Source: Verrucomicrobiota bacterium
GTDB taxonomy: Bacteria > Verrucomicrobiota > Verrucomicrobiia > Limisphaerales > AAA164-E04
DNA length: 64,000 nucleotides
Reading direction: 5' to 3'
Assembly (NCBI GenBank): GCA_047947115.1
Contig: CP170459.1
Span: forward strand, 2,112,001-2,176,000
Made by a program: the position numbers and the translations under genes. The notes beneath the pieces were generated by a model, which was given only the letters and a program-made list of their open reading frames with translations, ran no database searches and was not told the origin of the DNA. This document shows positions 57,109-64,000 of this stretch, in pieces. The number at the start of each line of letters is the position of its first letter. Position 1 is the stretch's first letter.

Positions 57109-58770
57109 ATGCTGTTTCGACGACAAATCGTTCGTGGGTGCTTGGTTGCTGCTCTTGCATGGACCGGTTTTTACTCCGATGTGGCTGCCTGGTCACAGGA
57201 AACCCGGCTCGGGTACTGGCATTATCAGGGTGCCAGCCAAATTCGTAGTCTGGAAGGAGGCCAGGTTTTTAAATCCATCATGGAGTCGGAGGACACTGGT
57301 CCGGTCAGGAATTTGATCTTCCAAAAGCTGGCCAGCGCACCCGACAAGCTCATCTTTGGTCTGCAAGCCGACGCTCCCGCACAGCGTCGGGATTTATTGC
57401 TCCCTTTAATCGGGGACCTGTTGGAGTCCGAATCGTACGGTGAAGTCCACGGGATCTCCCCAGGCGTGATTAGCTTTAATCTGGGGATCAGACTTTCCAA
57501 AGAACAACGCATCAACTGGAACACCAAATTGCGGCAGTTTGCAGGGTCTTACGGTTGGGAAATCAATCCTCCGCTCAGCGAAGGCATGACGTCCGAGTGG
57601 GAAGCCACTTCTTCCGAATCCGGTTTTTTGATTCGTTATGCTCAGGTGGAAGATTGGACATTGTTGAGTGTGGGCTCTGACGCCTTGACCCAGTTGCTCG
57701 ACTGGGGCAAATCGGTTGAGGATGGGAAATTTCCCCCGCTATCCACCGCAGAGGATTGGTGGACGGTGAATCTGGATCTGCAGGCTTTGAACAAATTGAC
57801 GGGTGGAGATCCCTCTGAACTTGCCTTGGATTCATTGACCCTTGGGGTTTCCGGAGATGGAGATTATTTAAGAACACACGGTAGTTTGCAATTGACTGGT
57901 TCCCTGGATGATGTGGCTGATGAGTGGTCCGTTCCTGTCAATTTGATTCTTGAGCCCATCATCAGTTTTTCAGCCCTGCGCAATCTGCCTCCGCTGGTTT
58001 CACTGATACCGGGGATGAAGCAGCTGTTCCCGGATGGAATCCCGAGTCAAGCCGTTGCCTGGTCTCGTGGCGCCAGAATGCAGGGAACAAAGCCCGGGAT
58101 TGAAGCGGCTCCCGTGTTTCTGAATTACGTTTCCTGGCCGGTTGCCGAAGAGGCATTGCCTGTGGATGGCATGCGCAGTCATGTTGCGCGTTGGCTTCAG
58201 GACAGTTTATTGAAGAGTGATCGGGCTACCTTGAATGATGGATCCGAACCGAACTCGTTCCACATGACCCTGGTTCCTGCTTTCATACTCCCGTTTATTC
58301 AGGGTGTTGAATACGAGGGGAAACCCTATCATCTGGCTGGATTGACTCACCGATTGGTGAATCGCACGAACCCTCCACCTCCGTCATTATTTGCGCAGAT
58401 TGAGAACCATCCGCGGCTCAGATATTACCATTGGGAAATCACCGGCGAAAAGGTGTATCAGTATCGGGGGTTTCTCAATATGTTGGGTTTCATGTTCGAC
58501 AAGGGACAATTGCAGCAAGACTCTCCCTTGTTTGGCTGGACAAAAGGCTTGGAGAGCAAGCTGGGTAACTCTGTCACCCAGATCCTGAGCAAGTCCGCCA
58601 ATACGTTGGAAATCCAGCGCAAATCACATTTTGGCCTCACCGGTTTTGAGATCGCGTTGATTGCAAAATGGATCCATTCAAATGCCTTCCCTTGGGTGGA
58701 TGTCGATGAACTCAACAGGTGGGAGTTTCCTGAAACCATGGTCCCAGGTCAAAACAACCGTCCCCGCTGA
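57109..58770 (+). CDS. Hypothetical secreted protein
   Basis: Long ORF with signal peptide, co-oriented, stop overlapping the pdxJ start; no recognised motif. Confidence 0.75.
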   Translation: MLFRRQIVRGCLVAALAWTGFYSDVAAWSQETRLGYWHYQGASQIRSLEGGQVFKSIMESEDTGPVRNLIFQKLASAPDKLIFGLQADAPAQRRDLLLPLIGDLLESESYGEVHGISPGVISFNLGIRLSKEQRINWNTKLRQFAGSYGWEINPPLSEGMTSEWEATSSESGFLIRYAQVEDWTLLSVGSDALTQLLDWGKSVEDGKFPPLSTAEDWWTVNLDLQALNKLTGGDPSELALDSLTLGVSGDGDYLRTHGSLQLTGSLDDVADEWSVPVNLILEPIISFSALRNLPPLVSLIPGMKQLFPDGIPSQAVAWSRGARMQGTKPGIEAAPVFLNYVSWPVAEEALPVDGMRSHVARWLQDSLLKSDRATLNDGSEPNSFHMTLVPAFILPFIQGVEYEGKPYHLAGLTHRLVNRTNPPPPSLFAQIENHPRLRYYHWEITGEKVYQYRGFLNMLGFMFDKGQLQQDSPLFGWTKGLESKLGNSVTQILSKSANTLEIQRKSHFGLTGFEIALIAKWIHSNAFPWVDVDELNRWEFPETMVPGQNNRPR

Positions 58771-59522
58771 TGTGGAAACTGGGTGTTAATATCGATCATA
58801 CGGCTACCTTGCGAGAAGCGCGCTACCGTGGGTTATCCCGAGGTGAACCCGATCCTGTCGAGGCCGCTTTGGCGTGCGTGCGTGCGGGGTGTCACAGCAT
58901 TACCGCGCATTTGAGAGAGGATCGACGGCACATTCAAGATCGTGATATTGATCGTTTGGCTGAAGCTTTGACGGTGCCGCTGAACTTTGAAATGGCCAAT
59001 ACTTCCGAAATGGTGGCCAAGGCGCTTCAGATCAAACCAGCCTATGTATGTCTGGTTCCGGAGAAACGGGAAGAAGTAACCACCGAAGGGGGATTGGACG
59101 TTGTCGGGCAATCTGAACAGATTGCGGCGACCTGCCAGCGCCTTCAGTCGGCCGGTATCGAGGTGAGTCTATTTATAGATCCGGATGAGGAAGTGGTAAA
59201 AGCCTCCAAAGCGACAGGCGCTCTGGCAATCGAGCTTCATACCGGTGCCTTTGCCGAATCTTATGAAAGTGAGTCAGTGCAGGAGGCTGAGCTGACACGG
59301 TTGATCCATGCCGCAGAATTGGGGCATTCATTGGGGGTGAAGGTGAATGCCGGGCATGGTTTGAATTATGAGAATATCAAACTGCTGCATCGAGTACCCC
59401 GGTTGGAGGAACTCAACATCGGCCACAGTATTGTGGCACGTGCGCTTTCAGTGGGATTTGAGACAGCAGTTCGTCAGATGCTGGCATTGATGGAACCGGC
59501 ATCGCCGCAGGGTTCCCAGTAA
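58770..59522 (+). CDS. pdxJ: Pyridoxine 5'-phosphate synthase
   Basis: LGVNIDH, HLREDRRHI, VPEKREEVTTEGGLD, SLFIDP, ELHTG, NAGHGL, ELNIGHSI. Confidence 0.97.
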   Translation: MWKLGVNIDHTATLREARYRGLSRGEPDPVEAALACVRAGCHSITAHLREDRRHIQDRDIDRLAEALTVPLNFEMANTSEMVAKALQIKPAYVCLVPEKREEVTTEGGLDVVGQSEQIAATCQRLQSAGIEVSLFIDPDEEVVKASKATGALAIELHTGAFAESYESESVQEAELTRLIHAAELGHSLGVKVNAGHGLNYENIKLLHRVPRLEELNIGHSIVARALSVGFETAVRQMLALMEPASPQGSQ

Positions 59523-59549
59523 CTCATGCTGATTGAGTTCATTGATTGA

Positions 59550-59590
59550 CAACAAAAAAACCATGCTCCGAAGAGCATGGTTTTTTGTTG
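59550..59590. terminator. Bidirectional Rho-independent terminator
   Basis: CAACAAAAAAACCATGCTC-CGAA-GAGCATGGTTTTTTGTTG. Confidence 0.88.
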
Positions 59591-59613
59591 CTGGACAATT
59601 TAGTATGAACCAA

Positions 59614-60501
59614 CTACGGGCTTCCGTATGGTAAGGCTTGTCCGTCGCATCGAGCTGAAGTTCTCACTTGCACCCAGATGGCATCGCGACTGCCGGGGAC
59701 TGCCATACGAGAGACAGAACCTGTTCTGGCGGGTGCGTCGGTGTTGGCATCGGTCCACTTTTTGATTTCACTGTGGCCGTCCAAGAAAGCGAAGTTTGCT
59801 GCGCGGTTGTGATATGTGGCAGGCCAGTCAATCCATTCCTGCTGATTCATGCCCACCGCAAAACCTGCGTCGTTGATGCTGAGATCATCCTCATCAAGAA
59901 ACACCCAGAGGTTTGAGGGTCCGGGGTTGGTTGCGTCTGATTCCTTGCCGTATGTCTTGTAAGGGCGACATGGTTGGTGATTGTGGGCATTGTCCAGCCA
60001 AGGGCCGTTTACAGCCTGCTTTTTGCTGTTGGAAATGGTTCCAACGGCTTGGCTCATGGCCCAGGAACGAACACGGGGAACTTTTCTGCCACCCACGGTG
60101 ACCGTGCTTTTATCGGCAGGACAGCGGAAGATTTGGTGCGAACCGACGTAGGGGCCCAGTTTGGAGGTTCTTTCGTCGAGCAACATCTGCCAGTTTGTGG
60201 CGTGCTGGGCATTTCCCATGCTTCCTGCACACCAGTTGTTACCGGAGGTATTGCCGTCGTCAGGATTGGGTGGGAACCAGTCATCGTTATCAGTGGCATA
60301 TATTTTGAACGCAAGCATCATCTGGCGTCCATTGTTCATGCACTTGATACCTTGTGCTTTGGTTTTGGCCTTGCTGAGTGCCGGTAGAAGCATCCCTGCA
60401 AGAATGGCGATAATGGCAATAACGACCAACAGCTCAATCAAGGTGAAACCCTTGCTCAACCTTTTTGTCGATTGCCTTGTTTTTGGATTGTTTTTCATCA
60501 T
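59614..60501 (-). CDS. Prepilin-type N-terminal cleavage/methylation protein with H-X9-DG motif
   Basis: [49 protein letters not shown]. Confidence 0.93.
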   Translation of the reverse strand: MMKNNPKTRQSTKRLSKGFTLIELLVVIAIIAILAGMLLPALSKAKTKAQGIKCMNNGRQMMLAFKIYATDNDDWFPPNPDDGNTSGNNWCAGSMGNAQHATNWQMLLDERTSKLGPYVGSHQIFRCPADKSTVTVGGRKVPRVRSWAMSQAVGTISNSKKQAVNGPWLDNAHNHQPCRPYKTYGKESDATNPGPSNLWVFLDEDDLSINDAGFAVGMNQQEWIDWPATYHNRAANFAFLDGHSEIKKWTDANTDAPARTGSVSRMAVPGSRDAIWVQVRTSARCDGQALPYGSP

Positions 60502-60688
60502 ACTCGTTCGAATTAATTAATCAGTTCAAACAGACTCAGTCATCTAACGGACGCTTCTTTCTCGTGTCAACCCATAGATGATTTTCAGTGTGCCAACAAC
60601 TGTGCGTTTGTGTGCACAATGCTCTTTTTTAAGAAAAAACCTCCAAATTGAAACATCTATGCTTCATGGTGCGTCTGGAACGTAAATC

Positions 60689-61492
60689 ATGAAATCCTCG
60701 GGTTTTTCCAATAAATTGCTGTGGCTCCTTCCTATCCTGCTGGCTTTCCTGGTGGGCATGACCGGTTGGTGGGCTAATCGTCGTATCGGTGATGCCATCA
60801 AGGTCTCCCTGCGACGAGATATGGAATCCGCTCTGGCTGCCAATGTCACAGCGCTCGAAATATGGTTCGAGAATCAAAAAAAATTGGTGAAATCCATTGC
60901 CAATGACCCTGAAATTCGATCCCAGGCCCTGCAGCTGATCGCCGATCCGGATGCTTTTCAACTTCAAGCCATGCTTCATTCCGGACCGCTTGAGGAAGGT
61001 AGTTTCGAAGCTTGCCTGCAGCAGAGGGTCAATGAAATTGAATATTTCTATGCATTTCTGGCCAATCCCAATATGGAGGTGGTGCATCATTTTCTGGGGA
61101 AACCTCCCAAATCTCTGGAAAAGTTGCCGGAAACCTTGCAGCCCAAATTGAAGCAAGTGGTCGAGTCCAATGAGGCCGTTGTGATCACGCCGTTCAAACG
61201 CCCGATCCCCGGCCCCGCAAGAAAAGGGGGGAGAGGCGTTGAACGATCCCCGCGTTTTCAGGAGGACCAGCAGGCTGGCGGGCGTTTCCATGGACCTGAT
61301 CCATCTGATTTTCCGCCCGATCGCATTCGTTCCCCCAGGCGGGAGGGTGGTCCTTCGGGGGGGGCGAAGGTTTCCGCGTCAGATTCCGGATCATCTCATG
61401 GAACTCATGCAGCAGGACACCATGATGCAGGTGGCCGCACCTGTTGCGGGGGAGGATGGAGAGGTGAAAGGCATCATTGCTTTCTTTATTGA
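60689..61492 (+). CDS. N-terminal fragment (TM + extracytoplasmic sensor) of a frameshifted membrane Ser/Thr kinase spanning 60689-63046
   Basis: TM helix then Cache-like N-terminus (ANVTALEIWFE); the frame leaves the true product at the G8 run 61357-61364. Confidence 0.7.
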   Translation: MKSSGFSNKLLWLLPILLAFLVGMTGWWANRRIGDAIKVSLRRDMESALAANVTALEIWFENQKKLVKSIANDPEIRSQALQLIADPDAFQLQAMLHSGPLEEGSFEACLQQRVNEIEYFYAFLANPNMEVVHHFLGKPPKSLEKLPETLQPKLKQVVESNEAVVITPFKRPIPGPARKGGRGVERSPRFQEDQQAGGRFHGPDPSDFPPDRIRSPRREGGPSGGAKVSASDSGSSHGTHAAGHHDAGGRTCCGGGWRGERHHCFLY

Positions 61493-62174
61493 TCCGGAAC
61501 GTGAATTCTCCCGGATCATGTCCGTGGCACGACCGGGCGAAAGCGGCGAGACATATGCATTTGATGCGTCCGGTCTGATGGTTTCCATGAGCCGGTTTGA
61601 TGATCAATTGAGATCCATCGGATTACTGGACAAAAACAGCAACGCTTCTTCTGCCTTGAATTTATACCTGAGAGACCCGGGCAACGCATTGTCCTCCGGC
61701 GATGTGGTGGACAGAGAGGTTTCCGGAGATTGGCCCCTTACACTTGTGGCACAGACTACACTGGATCATGTGAACATGCCGGACACTTCCTCCATCAGTC
61801 AGTCGTTTCAGAAAACGGTGGTGGAGCCGTTCCGGGATTATCGGGGGGTGGATGTCGTGGCTGCCTGGACCTGGTTGCCGAAATACCAACTCGGCATGGC
61901 GACCCAGATTGATGCACAGGAAGCGTATCGTCCTTTGCTGATGTTGCGCTGGGTGTTCATCGTTCTCATCCTGCTTTTGCTGCTGGCATCAGTGGTGATC
62001 TTTCTGATCTCGGTGTTGAATGTCCGATGGAAAAAGAAGTTGGCAGAGGTGCAATTGGAAGCAAAGCGTTTGGGGCAATATCATCTGGAAGACAAGATTG
62101 GTGAAGGGGCATGGGATCGGTCTATCGTGCCCGGCATGCATTGCTCAGGCGCGAAACTGCGGTCAAGTTGCTGA
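61239..62174 (+). CDS. Middle fragment (Cache-like sensor + TM + start of kinase) of the same frameshifted kinase
   Basis: ARPGESGETYAFD..GLMVS.SRF, FRDYRGVDVVAAWTWL, TM helix, LGQYHLEDKIGEG, then frame lost at G4 62106-62109. Confidence 0.75.
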   Translation: MNDPRVFRRTSRLAGVSMDLIHLIFRPIAFVPPGGRVVLRGGRRFPRQIPDHLMELMQQDTMMQVAAPVAGEDGEVKGIIAFFIDPEREFSRIMSVARPGESGETYAFDASGLMVSMSRFDDQLRSIGLLDKNSNASSALNLYLRDPGNALSSGDVVDREVSGDWPLTLVAQTTLDHVNMPDTSSISQSFQKTVVEPFRDYRGVDVVAAWTWLPKYQLGMATQIDAQEAYRPLLMLRWVFIVLILLLLLASVVIFLISVLNVRWKKKLAEVQLEAKRLGQYHLEDKIGEGAWDRSIVPGMHCSGAKLRSSC

Positions 62175-63046
62175 CGCCGGACAAGGCGGACGAACTCTCG
62201 CTTCAACGATTTGAGCGCGAGGTCAAATTGACAAGCCAGCTCACGCATCCCAATACTATACAGATTTACGATTATGGGCACACCCCGGAAGGGTTGTTTT
62301 ATTATGCCATGGAGTATCTGGATGGAGTAAATCTGAAGGAGCTTGTCATCAGGGATGGTCCTCAATCCTCCTCACGCGTGGTGCACATACTGCGGCAGAT
62401 ATGTGATTCCCTTCAGGAAGCGCACCGTGCTGGACTGATTCATCGGGACATCAAGCCTGCCAACATCATCCTGTGTGAACGAGGCGGTGTTCCGGATTTT
62501 GTCAAGGTGCTGGACTTCGGTTTGGTGCGTCACTATGGGGCATCGAACAAAGACAAGACCCAGGTTACCATGACCAGCACCGTTAGCGGCACGCCTCAAT
62601 TTTTGGCTCCGGAGGCCATTCGGAATCCGGACGATGCCGATCCCAGAAGCGACATTTATGCCATTGGCGCCGTTGGGTATTTTCTGGTGACCGGTCATCA
62701 CGTGTTCGAGGGGCAATCCATGATGGAAATTTTTGAAAAACACCTCACCCAAGCTCCTGTTCCGCCTTCTGAAAAAGCCGGAACCGCCATGGATCCGGCA
62801 TTGGAAGCGCTCCTGCTCCAATGTCTAAGCAAAGATCTATCGCAGCGACCGCATTCTGTGGCAGAGATGGCCGAGCAATTGGCTCAATGTGAAGGCACTC
62901 CTCCGTGGACCTTGAATGACAGGGTGAATTGGTGGGCGGAATACAGGCAGTCCCAGCAGTGGGCGCGTCAAAATCCCTCAATGGTGCCTCAAACGGCGTC
63001 CTCTCAGGACAAGACCATTCTGATTGATTTCCATAGTCGGGCATAG
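62111..63046 (+). CDS. Ser/Thr kinase catalytic domain (C-terminal fragment of the frameshifted gene)
   Basis: MGSVYRARH, TAVK, HRDIKPAN, KVLDFG, GTPQFLAPE, SDIYAIG. Confidence 0.9.
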   Translation: MGSVYRARHALLRRETAVKLLTPDKADELSLQRFEREVKLTSQLTHPNTIQIYDYGHTPEGLFYYAMEYLDGVNLKELVIRDGPQSSSRVVHILRQICDSLQEAHRAGLIHRDIKPANIILCERGGVPDFVKVLDFGLVRHYGASNKDKTQVTMTSTVSGTPQFLAPEAIRNPDDADPRSDIYAIGAVGYFLVTGHHVFEGQSMMEIFEKHLTQAPVPPSEKAGTAMDPALEALLLQCLSKDLSQRPHSVAEMAEQLAQCEGTPPWTLNDRVNWWAEYRQSQQWARQNPSMVPQTASSQDKTILIDFHSRA

Positions 63047-63212
63047 TGCAACCTCTTGATTGGGATTGACATGATAGTGGAGAGTGAGGGAAGGTTGGTG
63101 CAGTTGCCTTCCTAGGGAAGGGGGGGCTGCTCTGATTCCTTTATTGGTCGAAATCTCCTGAACCATGTTCGGTAGCTTCTGGGCCAACCAAGTCAAATGA
63201 TGTCCATGTGTC

Positions 63213-63491
63213 ATGTCGCAAGTGCAACAACAGATAAGAGATCAAATCAGGACCAGGTTGACGCAGATTGTGCGTCGCCACAGGGACAAAGTGGATGATT
63301 TCGATTTGGACTCTCCGATATTTGATTCGCAATCGGGACTGGATTCCTTGGATTTGGCTGAAGTTTTTGCCTGGATGGAGCAGGCCTACGGGGTGGACCC
63401 CTTGCGTGCCAGGGAATGGTCCGTATCAACCTGGGGGGAATTCGTTGACAAGGTCCACGCCGAGATGTCGTTATCTCGATCCCATTCTTGA
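63213..63491 (+). CDS. Acyl carrier protein (phosphopantetheine-binding)
   Basis: GLDSLDLAE motif; small acidic protein. Confidence 0.8.
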   Translation: MSQVQQQIRDQIRTRLTQIVRRHRDKVDDFDLDSPIFDSQSGLDSLDLAEVFAWMEQAYGVDPLRAREWSVSTWGEFVDKVHAEMSLSRSHS

Positions 63492-63525
63492 ACCGACGAA
63501 GTTTGTCAAAATGAAATGATTTTAA

Positions 63526-64000
63526 ATGCCGCCAAACCATAGAAAGAGAAGCAAATCCAGAAGTTGGAAACGCAAGTTGGAGCGCAAAGCCGGTCAATCC
63601 GCCTTCTTGTTCATCCTCGTGAACAAACCTGGCTTTCGTTATACGCTGTTGGCATTGATCCTGTGTTTTCTTGGTGCCGGATTGTACGTGGCCCCTCTTT
63701 GGAATATTGCGCCCGAAACATATGGCAAATCCGTTCGAGTCAGTTTGTATCGCATCCACGAGGCCAGGGGGTGGAAAGAAAAGGCCATCGCCGCCGCCGA
63801 ACAGGACGATCTGGAGGAAACAGCCTTTCTGCTGCGGATGGCACTGAGCAGAAACAGTCTGGACCCCGATCTTTATCGCATGGTCCTTACCAATGGGATG
63901 GCATTCGATGCCCAGAGTCCGTCAGAAATCCGGGATGTGGCCTTGAAGGGAGAGCAACTTCTCTTACTGACTGCTACCAATGCCGCCGATTTGAACCTGG
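63526..64000 (+). CDS. Membrane-anchored hypothetical (TPR-like) protein, runs off the window end
   Basis: Open frame from ATG 63526 (MPPNHRKRSK...YTLLALILCFLGAGLYVAPLWN...AIAAAEQDDLEETAFLLRMAL) with no stop before 64000. Confidence 0.7.
   Translation, partial: MPPNHRKRSKSRSWKRKLERKAGQSAFLFILVNKPGFRYTLLALILCFLGAGLYVAPLWNIAPETYGKSVRVSLYRIHEARGWKEKAIAAAEQDDLEETAFLLRMALSRNSLDPDLYRMVLTNGMAFDAQSPSEIRDVALKGEQLLLLTATNAADLNL

Overview
This is a 64 kb gene-dense bacterial chromosomal segment, most likely from Verrucomicrobiota (PVC superphylum). That is inferred from a DUF1549/DUF1553-DUF1501 pair, two PVC-type heme-binding CxxCH dehydrogenase-like proteins, an H-X9-DG prepilin-like protein and a Verrucomicrobia-type C-terminal motif. 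The window opens inside a giant RTX/Calx-beta/SdrD-B surface protein (>3300 aa), followed by a 1603-aa LTD/LamG/IgGFc-binding/HYR secreted protein and a chimeric ECF sigma factor lacking region 4. Next is an IS200-family (RAYT-like) Y1 transposase surrounded by three 81-nt tripartite palindromic repeats with identical spacing. The rest mixes housekeeping genes (proB, pdxJ, mazG-like, glyoxalase, gph-like HAD, cyclophilin) with secreted hydrolases and oxidoreductases, two Ser/Thr kinases, an AAA_35-FHA protein, an orphan GspE/PilB ATPase next to an STN-domain S8 protease, a DUF4405-DUF2271 fusion carrying a flavinylation-type motif next to a Tat FAD oxidoreductase, and a DUF433 antitoxin with a dead PIN toxin. 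Three single-base frameshifts in homopolymers suggest possible sequencing errors. No rRNA, tRNA or CRISPR array was seen. All domain calls are by motif recognition, not database searches.
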